This document shows, one piece after another, positions 12,201-27,800 of a stretch of DNA of 64,000 nt. Origin of the DNA: Paraspadella gotoi. Taxonomy: Eukaryota; Animalia; Chaetognatha. Where the stretch lies: NCBI GenBank assembly GCA_051294375.1, contig JBJCIZ010000239.1, positions 6,491,539 to 6,555,538 of the forward strand, given 5' to 3'. Below the pieces are notes generated by a model, which saw only the letters and a list, made by a program, of their open reading frames with translations, did not search any database and was not told the DNA's origin. The translations under genes were made by a program, and so were the position numbers. The number at the start of each line of letters is the position of its first letter. Position 1 is the stretch's first letter.

Positions 12201-15200
12201 TTAGATCAAATTTTTTTTTTTTATTTTATTTTTTTTTTTTTTATTTTTTTTAAATTTATAAATTTTTTTAAATATTTTTTAATTTTTCTTTTTTTAATCT
12301 ATTATTTTGTACGTTTTTAAATGTTATTTTTGGTAATATCTTAAAAAATTTTTTTTTGGTTATTAATTTTACCCATATTAATATTTAATTTTTTATCTAA
12401 TAAATTTCTTCCAAAAATTTTTTTTTTTATGATTCTTTGTTTAATTTCGTTTCTAATTTTTATTTATTATTTTTTATCTGTGTACTATGTACTTAAATTC
12501 TAATAATCTTCTTTTATTTTTTCTTTTTTTTTGTTAACATATCCATAAAATTAAATTTTTTTTAATTTTTTTTCTCTTTTTTTTTTATTAATGCTCTGCA
12601 TTTTCTTTTTATATTGTTTGTCTCTCAAATTTTTGTAATTTTTTTTTTCCCCTTTTTTCTTTTTAAACATCTTATCTCTTTTTATTCTTTTATTCTAAAT
12701 TTTATTCTTTTTTTTTTTTTAAATCTTTATGTTTTTCTTATAGAAAAGCTTATTGAAATTTTTCGATTTTATAAGGATAGTACTATATTATAATATAGCC
12801 TACCTGCGAAAATTAAAAAACATAAATTAATTTTTTTTTTACAAATTAATGTTCACTCATGGTATGTTGTTCATAATTGACTTTTAGAATTTTTCGTATG
12901 TAACTTTCACTACGCCTTAATATGACATATTAATGGGTTTTTTATGTTATTGCATAGGTGATTTAATTATTTTAAACAAACTTGTGAATTAAACAGAGAG
13001 GACAGGAAGAGCTATTTCAGTGAACACGATGCGAGAACATTTACAAAAAAATTAAAGGCTGTACCAAAGTCTGCATAATACTAGTTATGCGTATTATTAA
13101 TAGCACGCAAATTTCTAAAAATATTAATTCATTAGCCTCAATGTTAACCTTCACAGCCTTTCTCTCACACCACTATGGAAGCGTATGACGGTAGAGCGAT
13201 GAGATTACTCTAACGTAATTTGATGACAGCTGGCACGGCCAAAGTCCCAAAACCGGGTGATAATAAAGAGTGAGGTGGTGTTGTACTTACTCACCGGCCG
13301 CGCGAACGGGTCGAACTTCCTTACCTGCCGAGAAAAAGTGGGAGGAAATTGAATGAATTATGGTGGACTAAATCCGCCAACCGTTCATCAGCGGCATTGG
13401 TCCCGAAGGCAAGTCATTCGGCCTCCAACAACCAAAGGATACGGCGGTTCAAGCCGCGGGGTCGTATCGTAGGTTAAGAGGGACGGGACGCTTAACCCGC
13501 CTGTATCATGGTGTTACAGGCCCTGATCCGAAGCGCAGGGACTGCTGATATTCTGTCACTAACAACATAACAATAGTTACTGTTTCTCAGAATTTATTAA
13601 TAGCTCAACTTACTCAACTTTTTTTATGAGCTAAATTAGTTTGTTTCAATTTCGTAATAAGCTTTTTTCTCCAATTCTCATTTATTATTTGCTTTAGCTA
13701 AAACTCTAGCTAGTTTTTTTTGTGCATTGTGAGAAGAATTCTATTGTAGAAGTACAAGATTTAGGGTATAACATTAGGGTTAGTGATTAGATTAAAGTTA
13801 GAAAATATTAATTAGGGATTTATATTCTGGATTTGATAAACTTTACGAATAGATCGGTAAAAATATTAAGGTGTTAAAATCAAATTCCAAATTAAATATC
13901 TAAAGATACCAAAATAGCTGCTATTCTGTTGCATAAGTTCAGCGTTGGTAACGCTCCCTTCAAATTCATCATTGACGAATTTTCTGCTTCAAACCTTCAA
14001 CCCACATGGGAAACATCTTAAACGTCTTGAACGCTTTCCCGAATCCTCCTTCGTGAATACTTTTTCTCCCGTATTTGTAAGTCTTTTTCTCACTCATTCG
14101 CTTGTAAGTGTTGGTAAAGGCCATGTAATATTGTTTTAAATTCTTCAAAGTAGGAGATCTGGAAAAAAAAGAGTCGTGGTTTTTTTTTTTTTTTGTTGGT
14201 TTGTTAAAAGCACTGTTGTGGTAGTACGTTTTACCCTTCAAACTCGGCTGACAGTCAACAACAGCGTATGGCGCCGGAGGTAACATGCACTCCTCCCACT
14301 CACCAGGTTAGGGTTCACAACCTGCTAAGGGGCGTCTAACCCACCTGTAGTGACGGCTAACAGCTCGCGGCATTGTCCTCCAGTGGTTAGCCCAATACAA
14401 TCATGCTGCATCGCTACACCTTCTGCCCCGGGCCTGTTAAAACAACTCTGCCCTCAACCAATGCTGGAAAGACGAGCAGGGGACAGAAGCCGTCGAAAGG
14501 CACTCAGCAGCATCAGCACCAACAGCATTCAGCCATCACACTTTAGGGCGCGGCGATGCCGAGGAGGATTTGTTGTGTTAGTACAATAATACCACACAAG
14601 TTCAGTCCAAGAATGAAGCAGCCACTTATGCTGCAGGACAGGTAACAACCGCCAATGACTTGGGTTCGTTCCCTGCTGATTCAATACAAGTGGAGGGTGA
14701 TGGGTGTCTAACCCACTTTGTAGTGACAGATACAGCACAGTTAAAGTATTGGGACCTTGTGTGCAATGAACGATGGCTTCCTGCATCGTTTTTTTACAAC
14801 CACCTATTTTAACCTCAAATTTTGTCTAAGTTTAAACACATTAGGCTCAGGGTGAGATTAGAGTTAAGGACTACTTAATATAGATTAGTTAGGGGATTAG
14901 GCTTAGGGGATTTTGTTTGTAGTTTGTCTAGATAAGAATTAGTATGTTCTAGAATAGGATTAAAGTTAAGGCATTCGGTTTAGGATTGATATTTCGAAAA
15001 AGATTAAGGTCTAACTTAAAATATAACTAGACTGAGGATAAAGGACACAGATATTAAGGGCTTTGTGGCAAGGAAATAGTTTTTGGGACTTTTTGAAACT
15101 GTTTCGATAAGTTGAATCATCTCGAGTAAGACAGGTTCATGCCTTAAGACGGGGGTGAACTTATGCACCGACTACACCCTTGCTCACCTTTAAAACTCCT

Positions 15201-17091
15201 TCACCCAATTTCTAACCCACCCCAAAAAATGAAAACCCCTTTACCGTGCATCGAAGATGTTTCTGTAGCGAAAAACGAATGTTTGTAGAGCGGCGACTGG
15301 TGAGGCCACTCGCTAAGCGGCGACCGCCGCGGCGGAGACGGTTAGGCGAGGCGCGTGGCCGAGGCTTGTGGCGTGGAGGGAGTGTTGTGAAGGCGGGTGG
15401 CGACGACGTCGACGACGATGTTGGCTTCTCGGTCCCCTTCTTTGGCGACTTCTTCGGTCGTTTCTTTCGTTCGTTCTTCGGCAGCGGCTGTCTTTGGCAT
15501 ACCGATCATTCCCAGGAGTCGCTCGCAGTGTCGGCATTCGCTCGTGTCCAGAGGAAAGGATAAAAGAGTCATGACTTTGTCCGGGAGGAAGGGGTAGAGC
15601 TGCGGTTTCTTCACGTGCATCTGGTTTGATGGCACCAAGGTAAGCAGCGACCTTCTTTCGCGTTGAGTTCCAGTTGTTATAGGGAGAAGACGAACGATTT
15701 TTTTTTTCGAAGGTTTGGCGCTGTGGATATTGAAGCGTTAGGATAGAGTTAGATCGATGGAGGAAGATAAAGATTAAGTCGGGTGGTAAGATGGTCACAA
15801 GTTAGTCGCAGATAGTCTTTTAAGTACATGAATGGCTAGTGCATAGTACAACAAAAGATTCCCTGGTCTAAATTGGAGGGGGTTGTCTTATTAAAACATT
15901 CATTGAATTATTCATCCACTACCATTGATAAGGAGCCAGATGCACTGGAACTTCCTTAACTAGACTGTGGGAGAGTCTTGATTGAAAGCTGCGGAATCTC
16001 GCTATGAAATAAGTACCACTTTATAAAAATTATACTTATATTGAATAAACAAGTTATCTTGCCCCTGACATTATGTCTCTGGATAGTCGTGGTCGGTTTT
16101 TGGCCTTCATCGCTCATACAAGATTTTACAAGATCCTGAACGTTTTCAATTAGGACGCAATCATAGTTTAGTTTACTTACTCCCTTTGTGTCGGCTTCCC
16201 TATCAACATTATTTCAATGGGATGATTGTAAATATCTTGTAAAAATGGATGCAGGCGGCTCTTCTCTCTCTCTCCCTCTCCCAACTTCCTCCTCCTTTTT
16301 CCCTCCCCCCTTTCCTGCAGAGTAAAAAGGAAGGACTTGTCTTTCAATCTCTTTTCGTTGACGTAGAGTGAGAGATTTGTCCCGTACACCGTCGGGTTGG
16401 TTTGGAGGACAAGTGACCCCAGCCTGACAGGAAGTTTGATGAGAGTACATGACCCCGCTGATGTAGCCGAGGAAGACGGGGCTTTGAATGAACATCATGA
16501 GCATGAGGTAGAGGCCAGGGAAGAGGAAGATCATCACGGCCGACGCTTTCTGCTTAACCTACGGACGGGATGTGCGAATACGGAAGGGGGGCGGAGGGTT
16601 TAGGGCGGTGGGTTAGTGTTGAGGAAGTAGGGGTGTGGTGAAGGGGAAACTTTGGACTTTAAGCAAGTCTCTTACCCACATTTTTACGCCCATACATACT
16701 GATGTATTTGAAAAAAAGCAATTTTGAACTTTAAATGTATCATAAAAAATACCGAGACTATGTAATATCTTGAAACAGAGCGTCATAACGTCTCTGCTCT
16801 ACAAATATTTTTTTTTTTTTGAGGCATGCTTAGTACCATGGTTTTGAATTTGATATTAAACATGGCGTTGAGCTTCTGAAAAGTCAGCTTAGGTCCAGGT
16901 TGTGTGACTTTCCCCATTTTAGGCAACTTGGCTCCTCGTCTGACGTGGAGAGAGAAAAGAAAAAATGGAGGAAAATAAACTAAAAAAATTAAAATTGTAT
17001 ATTGTCCAAATTTTCTTTTTTTTAACATCAATTTTTCTGCATCGCATTCTGGCTATTCCATCTAAACAGACGACAAGAACAACAACGACAA

Positions 17092-17140
<49 letters not shown>

Positions 17141-20100
17141 CTCTTTCTCTTTCTTTCTTCTTTCTCTTTGTACGTATATATTCATTGCTCATGCTAATGT
17201 ATTTATTTTATGAAATTCATAATTTTTAATTTCGTGCACTGATTAAAATAATAGTATATAAATGACAAAAAAATTATATTATATTAGTTAAAATTCTCTT
17301 TTACAGATAAAATATTACCGATGAGATGAAAAAATGAAATACTAAATATAAAATATTGAATAATAAATAATAAAATAAATCAAATCAAAAATTACAGATA
17401 AAATATTAGAGATTAGTTATGACATAAGATATATAAATCTAAAAACTTCAAATATTCTTTAAAAGTCATCACTTGACTTGCACTGCCTCTCCATAGTGAA
17501 ATACAATCATTACTTATAAATTTTCATAAAAATAAAGCATTATATATAAAAATATATATAACAGATTGAAAAAAAGGCTATGCATTCTGGACCCTCGCCT
17601 TTTCTGTCCAGCCTTGGGCAACAAATTCAGTGTGGAAGGTCGATCTTGGATTTCGTTTTCGCTTGTAAAGAAGGGGAATCCGAATCGGATTCTCTGTAGG
17701 GGGGGAGGTGGAGATGAAAAATGGGGTGGCGGTGGAGGGGGGTGAATATTAAATCAGAGGGGAGTTATTAATTAAGTTGGATGTTAAAATTTAAAAAAAA
17801 CTATAATGTTAACCTAAAAATTAAAAAACGGGTATAATAAGTATTATAATTTGATAAAATAATTTTGAAAACAATTAATATAATACCATCTTTTAACGAC
17901 TCTCAATCTTACCTTATTATTAAAAAACAGATTATTTTTAAAATTTTGACTTATTTGTATGTATTACTACTTTAAACATAAAATAAACTTACCAAAAATA
18001 TTTTTGAAGGTTATTATTTTTATGTTTATTCAAATCAAATATTATATCAGAATTAAGTTTGTTTCAAGGTTATGCCATTAAGATTTGATTTTAGTTAGGA
18101 ATTAGGGTTATAGATTAAGGTTTAGGTTTATAAGATAAGGTTAGGGATTTAAGTGAGGAATTAGAAATTGAAATTAGGAATTAAGGTTAAGGAATGATAG
18201 GTAAAACTGAATATTAACCGTGTAGGATCTTCCCGGTTGGTAATTTGTTTTCTGCTTTAAAGCACTGACTTAAAAAAATATTTTTTTTGTTAAAAAAAGA
18301 ATAGTTGTTTTTCAAAAACCACCCCTAACCCTAATATTAAACCACCCTTACCCTTGCTACCACTTAACCCTAACTACCCCTAATCCTAACCCACTTAACC
18401 TTAACCACCCCTAACCATAACCACCCCTAACCCTCGCCACCTCTAAGCTCTAACTTTAAATACCCTTACACCTTAATCAAACTTTTATTTTTTTCCTAAT
18501 AATATCAAACCAAGGTAATGATATATGCAAATAAAAAATAACCGACCGTCTCGGTTGTGGTCGGCGAAAAGTACAATTATGCCGAATGATTTTTAGGGCG
18601 AGGATTTTGAAAAAAAAAAGTTCAGCTGGATGAGGAAACAGAAATGGGGGCGCTGTCCGGGAAAAAAAATAATACTAGGTTTTAAAATTATATAATTATA
18701 TCTTTAATAAATTCTAATACTCACCCATCTGATCCTCCATGCTGACCGCACCCAGCTCGTCGATCATCTTGAGAAAGACCTCGTCCAAGGACGTCATCGA
18801 GATCCCGTAGTTCTCGATCCCGAGATCGGCCAATGTGGCAGGATCCTCCAGGCTGGCGAAGAGAAGCGGGAACTGAGCCGCGGATTCGCGGGGAGAGTGA
18901 AGATGATTTCCTGTGAATATCGGAGAGTGAGGATAGGGGGTGAAGGGGGACGAGAGTGAAGATGATGTTCCTGTGAATATTGGAGAGTGAGATGGGGGCG
19001 TTAGGGGGGGAAGAAAAAGGGTGTGAAGTGGAGGAAGGAGGGAGGTAGGGTTAAGTCAGTGGAGTGCCCAACCATTCTTTGTAAAGTTGAAGGAAATATA
19101 GAATTATTTATGTAACTTGGCAAAATGAAATCGGTTTGGGTCTTTTTTTAAAAGAAACCTTAAATGTTATTGGGTAATTTTTTCAAATGTCTTAAGCTTT
19201 AATGAAAGTAATTTATAATTATTGTAAATAGAACTTTGTGTTGGCGCCTTTAATGTTGTCTTTTAAATTGTTTTTTTTTTTACTCAAAGCCCTAACCTTT
19301 TCCACATCTAAATTCTTACCTCTTGGAAGCCTCACCTGGCCGTGCAGCCTCCCAGCGTCGCCGAAGGCAGATAATTCATCACGAAGTTCGCTATTTTGTC
19401 CCACGTTCACTGATCCTTTTGTCACGAGGTTCAGGTGTGATAACCCAGCGCCGAATTCTGTAGAAAGTTTGCCTTTTTTTACCAAAAACGTCCCGTTTTA
19501 TCTTGAATCTCGGAATTACATGGTGACAATTTTACAAGCGCCGGTAGAAATACGTTTTCATTTGCAAACCAGTGGTTATTCTTCATTGATTTTAAAAATT
19601 AGTTGAGTATAAAATACTAAAACTATTTATGTGTTAAAATTTTATATTGATCAGTTAAGATATGTTTGACAATGAGTGGAGAAAGTTGGCTTTTCAAATC
19701 GGGTCTTAATTTTCCAACTCACTGTTTTAAATTAAATTTTTTTTTAACTTTTAGCACTTTTTTAAAAAAAAATATTTATTAAATATTAACATTATTAATA
19801 TCCTCAGAAAGCCTTTAAAAATATGAACGAGAATGATATCCTTACGAAAGCTCTAACATAAAAAGTGAGCTGCCCAGCCTTGGTTCAATTAAGAGTGTCA
19901 AAAGTAAATTATTTAAAATTTTAAATTTAAAAAAAAAAAAATTTTTATGACCCTGTTTAAATTATTATAACATAAAATATTATTATTTATCATGAAGAGC
20001 CTGAGAAAAAAGGATTTAAGATAGCCAATCACAATTTAAATTTACTCTCCAGCTATTGATTTTTAAAAAGATGTCTCGTTTTTGAATATCCTAATTAAAT

Positions 20101-21095
20101 TAAAGCTGGGCCAGTTAAATTTTATACTACAGTATTTGTAAGTACGTCATTTCTTTTTAGATTGAAAGGGCTTTCAGAAGATAATAAAATTAAATATTAT
20201 TTTTTTTCAAATTTCTTTAGAAAACTTAAGAGAGAAAAAAATTAAATCTAAAAAAAGGTGAGTTGGAAAAATAAAACCCGATTTTACAAGCCAACTTTCT
20301 CCACTCTATTGTCAAGGCATATCTTAACAGATCAATATAAAAATTGAACACATAAATTATTTTTATATGTTTTATTTAACTAATTTTTAAAATCATTGAA
20401 ATACACTAGTTGCAAATGTCAGCGCTTTTTTTACCGGCGCTTGTAAAATTGTCACCATGTAAATCAGATTTTACGTTTTTAAAGCTCAGGTTAGAAATTA
20501 AGGTCGAAGATTTAGGTAGGGTTAGGTGTTTGAGAATTTGGTTCCTCATACAGATTAGGGTAAAAGAAATATGTTATGGGTTTTAAAATAAAGGAGAATT
20601 AAATATTATGTTAAATAAAATTCAGAGATTAAGGAATAGAAATAGAGCACTTTTTAGAAAAAAAAGTTTAAAGTTGAAACTTTAATCAAATCCATTAGGA
20701 ACAGAAATGGGCGCGGTTTCAGAAAATAGTTTCTCATACTATATTCTTCAGAAACATTGAGGAGCCCAGATGCACTGGAGGTATCCGTTGATGAGGATGG
20801 CCTTTCTGTCGGCCAGGATGTCGGCTTCGTCCATGAAGTGTGTCGTCAAGATGATTACCTTTTTTTCGTTTTTTGGGGGTTTTTTATAAATAAATTGATT
20901 GAATAAATAAATGATTAATAAATATAGCAAGATTGATAAATACAATGATTAAGGAAAACGCAGGTAATAAAAAAGAGAAGAAAGAGAAAGAGCAAAGAGT
21001 GAAAGAAAAATAAGACAAAGAGAGAGAGATAGGGAACACGAGAGAGCGTGTGATAAAGATGAAAAGAGAGGGAGAGAGAGAGAGAGAGCACAGAG

Positions 21096-21158
<63 letters not shown>

Positions 21159-21323
21159 CGCCAGAACGCCTTCACCTTCCCCTGCTTTATCCTTCCTTCA
21201 GANNNNNNNNNNNNNNNNNNNNNNNNNTTTACAGACAAAGAGAGAGATTAGGAACAGAGAGTAGCGTGTGCATAAAGATGAAAATGAGAGGGAGGGAGAG
21301 AGAGAGAGGAGGATAGAAGGAGA

Positions 21324-21366
<43 letters not shown>

Positions 21367-21795
21367 AGAGAAAGAAGAGACCATGCAACGCCTTCAACCT
21401 TCCCCTGCTTTCCTCCTTCAGACGATCCCACAACGCACGCTCCTCGAGAAAGGGGTTCAACCGGCCGTGGTTCGTCGAAGCAGCACCATCTTCGATTCCC
21501 CGTCAACCGGCGATGGCCGACCCGAAGAGTTTTACCGCTTCTGTCCTCCGCCTCAACTTTCTCGTCCACCGTGCTCTTTCCTTCTCCCAAGGAGAACTTG
21601 TTCAGACGGACTTTTCGATCCCTTGATGCTTGTTCTTGTTTGCGGATGCCCCTGTCGTGGAGAGGAGGGAGGGATGAGGAGAGGGAAAAAGCCCCCTTTT
21701 TTTTACTTCGGCAGGGGAGGAGAAGAGAGAGCAGAAGCGAGAGAGAGAGAGAAGGATGAGAGATCGAGAGAGAGAGAGAGAGAGAGAGAGGAGAG

Positions 21796-21826
<31 letters not shown>

Positions 21827-24800
21827 GAGAGATAAAGATAAAAAAAAAAGAAAATTTATTGTCAATGCTCCAAAGTATTAAAGTTTACACTGACAATAAC
21901 AACCATACAGTACAATTAAAAAAAGTAAAATAAATAACATAAACTTACAATGTAATGTACTACATAGTTTACATTTTCAGTGTATTACACAAAAAAGAGA
22001 GGAAAGAGGGGAGCAGAGGGGAAGAGAGAGAGAACAAGCACTCACCCGCTCACCTGGAATCTGCTGAAGAGGACCAAATGTTCCTTGCAGGTCAAATTTG
22101 TCGGAAGATGATGTCGTGTTTGGGGACAAATGGCCTGTCATCTGGAAGAGGAGAGACGGACGTTGAACGATTCGTGAAAGTGAGTCCCGTCTTTCGTCCT
22201 CTTATCGATACTTGAAAAAAGGCTTTTTCTCTGACCCCTTGTCTGTAAGCTTCTGCCTTTTGTGTCCTTCAATCCTAATCAATCAATCAATCAAGCAATC
22301 ATACCAAACAATCAATCACGATATCAAGTTATATCTCTCAATGCGTCAGCAACCAATCATTTCATTCAATAAATCACTAAGTCGATCAATCACTCAAGTC
22401 AATTCAATCACTTATTATAATCACTCAGTCAATAAACCATTAACTCAATTCAATAACTGCTCAGTCGATCAATCACTAACTCAATCAATCAATGCACTTA
22501 CTCAATCAATCACTCAGTCAATGATTCACTTTTCTCCTTCATAAACCTCAAGTTTTTTTCTTTATTTCTTTAATCTCCCTTCATTACTCTTCCCCCGCTT
22601 CATCGCTCCCCCGCATCCCCACGCACCCCACTAGGGGTGTGTCAAAATTCTAAAAGTTGTTCTGACCTAAATTTACAATCTAACACAAGGGGCAGGGTCA
22701 AAATTAAATAGGTTTGCACGAATCGCCATTCAAATTGGTTTCTAACACCCTTACGTCACCCTTGCTTAAAGACAGTTCTAGCACCACCTTCACATCATAA
22801 GTCACTGTGTCTAAAGTATGAGAGATTTTACGTCTTACCTTTAATTTATTAGTTTAAAAAAATGTGCCCAAAGGGTTAACTATATAAAATTTCAAGTCTC
22901 TACTCCATCTCGTGGCTCCCACAACAGCATCCACAACCTGCTGAGAGAATGTACAAGCCCCATTGCATGATGACATTATCTATGAAGTTGTGGGCAGGTA
23001 ACCTAAATATTTCCAATAAATTTTATTCACAACTAGCGCTACTCTTTGTAATTGAGCCATCATTTTTTTATAAAATAGTGTAGTCACATCCTGGAAGGAT
23101 AAATCCTGTACAGATTCTTTTAAAAAATAAATTATGCCCACAAAATATTTATCAATAATTTTTGTTTATGGCATCAATCAATAAAGGTAGATGGCGGTTA
23201 GCAAGTGGTATTGTTAAATTCATTTGATTTGACCATGTACTTTTCAAGATAGCCCGTTTTAAAGGCATTCTTCAAAAAAAAATTTTAAACACTGCACTCA
23301 GATGGCTAAAAAACCTCCTTCAGCAGATCCCACAACGCCCTCCTCGAGAAGGGGTCCAAGCCGGCCGTGGGTTCGTCGAAGAGCACCATCTTCGGATTCC
23401 CCGTCAACGCGATGGCGACCGAGAGCTTCCGCTTCTGTCCTCCGCTCAACTTTCTAGTCACCGTGTCTTTCTTCTCCCAAAGGAGAACTTGTTTCAGACG
23501 CTTTTCGACTTCGTTCTTGATGTTGCGGATGCCCTGCGTGGAGAGGGAGGGAGGGNNNNNNNNNNNNNNNNNNNNNNNNNATGTTAAAATTTCAAAAACA
23601 GTTTTTTCTAAGATTTTTTTGCCATATTTGGATTCGTCATAAAGTTGATATAAAGAAATATAACGTCTTTTTGAAAATTCCCTTCATTAAGTGCGGTCCC
23701 AAAAATTTTAGAAAAGATATTTTAGCTGAAAATTAACCCACGTTTCTTTATTATAATTCAAATATAGTTTTTTAAATTTAACCCACTTAATGAAATAATT
23801 TTTTAAAAAATGATTTTAATATTTCTATTATTCAACTTTTGACGACGGAATTCCCAAAATCTTGCCCAATCCCAAAATGTTTTTGTGTATAATATATGGT
23901 ACATTGTCTATGGTCAATTATATCATTAATCGCACTTTAACATTTATACAATAATATTTATAAATTTAAATTTTTTTTTATTTTTTATCTGCCAGTGATG
24001 ATTCTTTTCGAAAACCACATCATGTATATTTTTAAAAATTTTTATTTACTTTTTGTTTTATCTATCTTGTTTTTTCATCAATTCTTTTTTTTTTTTATAT
24101 AACAAATTTTTTTATTTTTATATTTCTTTTCTCGCGCCCACCCTATCCCGCTTTTGCTGCGTGTGATACACATCTACTCCGATACGCCTTTCTCTCGCTG
24201 CTCCATCATTTCCTAGCCTTGTGTTTAGAAAATACTTACTTAGGTGGATGTGACTCTGTATTCAAATTTTATATCTTAATTTACTTGTTTAAATTCTTTA
24301 TTTTAAAACAATTTTAATATAATTTCTTTAAATATTTTTCTTTTAATTGAATTTGGTTTATCTTTTAAAAATTGTAATTTAAAAAAAATATATTTTTATA
24401 ATTTTAAATTTTTTTTTGTTTAAATAAATCTTGTGTGATTCTCTTTTTCTTGTTGTTTCAAAAAAAAAATATTTTTTAAAATTATTATCTTTAATTTATT
24501 TTTAAAAAATTGATTTTTGTTTGTTTAAAATTTTGTTAATTAATCATCTTTATTTCAATGTATTTTTCGTCTTATTCCTTTATTATTATCAAATCATTTA
24601 ATTTTTAATTAATAATTTTTTTTAAAAATATAAAATTTATAAATTTACTTAAAATCTGTTTTTTAATGTTTTTCAAATTTAAAATAGTTACTTTGTGTCT
24701 AATTAATTTACCTGATATGTTTCTTCAATGAATTTCAATTTTGTGTAAAGATAAAATATTTTTATTTTTTATTTTAAAATTTATTTGTTTATTGTTTTTG

Positions 24801-27800
24801 TTGTTTGTTTTTATTTTTTAATATCTTTTAATTCTTTATGTTTATTTTTGTTAAATTATTTTTTATTTTAATTATTGTTTCTTCATTATATTTTTATTAT
24901 AAAATTTTTTTTTTTATTTTTATTTTTTTTAATTTAAATTACTATTTACAAATTTGTTATAATTTTTTTCTTTAAAATTTATTTAAAAGTATATTTGTTC
25001 TAATTTATTTTTTTTCACAAATATAAATTATTTTTATGAAATTCTTTTTATTTTTATTAAAATTTTATCAATTTTATTATTTTTGTTGTTGTATTATTAA
25101 TTTTTATTTGTTTTTTATTCTATTATTTTTTTTTAATAATTTTTCTTATTCTTGTAAAAATGATTTATTTTAATTTTTTTAAAAATTTTTCTTTTTTTTA
25201 TTATTTTTTATTATAAAAATTGTAATAATTTTTATTTCAAAAAAATAATTTGTATTCTTTTTTTTATAAAAAATTTATAAATTTAATAAATTTTTTCTTC
25301 ATTTTATTTCATCCATTATATTTTACATTTAATTTTTTTTAATTATTGTTCTTTAAAAAAACCAATAATTTTTATTTATTATTTTTATTATTAATTTTTT
25401 TTTTTTTATTCTATTTCTTTTATTTTTTTTAAAATTAATTAAATTTTGTTTTTAATTTTTTATTATTTTATTTTTGTTAATAAATTTATTTTCTTAAAAT
25501 GTTTAAAATTTTTTTTTAATTTTTTTATATTTTTTTTTTTTAAATTTTTTCAAAATTCTTATTTTTTTATAATTATTTTTTTTTTTTTTTTAATAATTTA
25601 ATCTTTATTATTAGATCAAATTTTTTTTTTTTATTTTATTTTTTTTTTTTTTATTTTTTTTAAATTTATAAATTTTTTTAAATATTTTTTAATTTTTCTT
25701 TTTTTAATCTATTATTTTGTACGTTTTTAAATGTTATTTTTGGTAATATCTTAAAAAATTTTTTTTTGGTTATTAATTTTACCCATATTAATATTTAATT
25801 TTTTATCTAATAAATTTCTTCCAAAAATTTTTTTTTTTATGATTCTTTGTTTAATTTCGTTTCTAATTTTTATTTATTATTTTTTATCTGTGTACTATGT
25901 ACTTAAATTCTAATAATCTTCTTTTATTTTTTCTTTTTTTTTGTTAACATATCCATAAAATTAAATTTTTTTTAATTTTTTTTCTCTTTTTTTTTTATTA
26001 ATGCTCTGCATTTTCTTTTTATATTGTTTGTCTCTCAAATTTTTGTAATTTTTTTTTTCCCCTTTTTTCTTTTTAAACATCTTATCTCTTTTTATTCTTT
26101 TATTCTAAATTTTATTCTTTTTTTTTTTTTAAATCTTTATGTTTTTCTTATAGAAAAGCTTTTGAAATTTTTCGATTTTATAAGGATAGTACTATATTAT
26201 AATATAGCCTACTGCGAAAATTAAAAAACATAAAATTAATTTTTTTTTTACAAATTAAATGTTCACTATGGTATGTTGTTCATAATTGACTTTTAGAATT
26301 TTTCGTACTGTAACTTCACTACGCCTTAATATACATATTAATGGGTTTTTGATGTTATTGATAGGTGATTTAATTATTTTTAAGACAAACTGTGAATTAA
26401 ACAGAGAGACAGGAAGAGCCATTTCAGTGAACACGATGCGAGAACATTACAAAAAAATTAAAGGCTGTACAAAGTCTGCATAATACTAGTTATGCTATTA
26501 TTAATAGCACGCAAAATTTCTAAAAATATTAAATTCATTAGCCTCAATGTTAACCTTCACAGCCTTTCTCTCTCATCCACTATGGAAGCGTATGACGGAT
26601 AGAGCGATGAGATTACTTAACGTAATTTGATGACAGCTGCACGGCCAAAGTCCCAAACCGAGGTGATAATAAAAGGTGACGGTCGGTGATTGTACTTACT
26701 CACCGGCCGCGCGAACGGCGTCGAACTTCCTTACCTGCCGAGAAAAAGTGGGAGAAATTGAATGAATTATGGTGGACTAAATCTCGCCAAACCGTTTCAT
26801 CAGCGGCCATGGTGCCCGCAAGGCAAGTCATTCGCCTCCAACACCAAAGGATACGGCGGTTCAAGCCGCGTGTGGTCGTATCGGAGGTTAAGAGGGACGG
26901 GACGCTTAACCCGCCTGTATCATGGTGTATACAGCCCTGCATCCGAACGCGCAGGGACTGCTGATATTCTGTCACTAAACAACATAACAATAGTTACTGT
27001 TCTCAGAATTATTAAATAGCTCAATTAACTCAACTTTTTTGTATGAGCTTAAAATAGTTGTTTCAATTCCGTAATAAGCTTTTTTCTCTCAATCTCATTT
27101 ATTATTTGCTTTAGGCTAAAACTCTAGCTAGTTTTTTTTGTGCATTGTTGAGAAGAATTCTGTTTAGAAGTACAAGATTTAGGGTAACATTAGGGTTAGT
27201 GATTAGATTAAATTAGAAAAATAAATTAGGATTTATATTCTGGATTTGATAAAACTTTACGAATAGATCGGTAAAAATATTAAGCGTTTAAAATCAAATT
27301 CCAAATTAAATCTAAAGAACCGAAAATAGGCTAGTCTGTTGCATAAAGTCAGCGTTGGTAACGCTCCCTTCAAATTCATCATTGCAACGAATTTTCTGCT
27401 TCAAACCTCAACCCACTGGAAACATCTTAAACGTCTTGAACGCTTTCCGAATCCTCCGTTCGTGAATACTTTTTCTCCCGTAGTTGTGTAAGTCTTTTTC
27501 TCACTCATTCGCTTGTAAGTGTTGTAAAGGCCATGTAATATTGTTTAAATTCTTTCAAAGTAGAGGATCTGGAAAAAAAGAGCGTGGTTTTTTTTTTTTT
27601 TGTTGGTTTGTTATAAAGCACTGTTGTCGGTAGTACGTTTTACCCTTCAACTCGGCTGACCAGATCAACAACAGCTATGGCGCCGGAGGTAACATGCACT
27701 CCTCCCAACTCAACCAGGTTAGGGTTCACAACCTGCTAAGGGGGCGTCTAAACCCACCTGTAAGTGACGGCTAACAGCTCGCGGCATTGTCCTCCAGTGG

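Noticed and set aside
10470-12740. Extremely T-rich 2.3-kb segment, also at 23880-26150
   Set aside because: Looks like low-quality read sequence inserted within a MITE and duplicated verbatim
22640-23310. Unique sequence between duplicated blocks
   Set aside because: No ORF or repeat signature; joins abruptly to a truncated exon copy, so probably read noise
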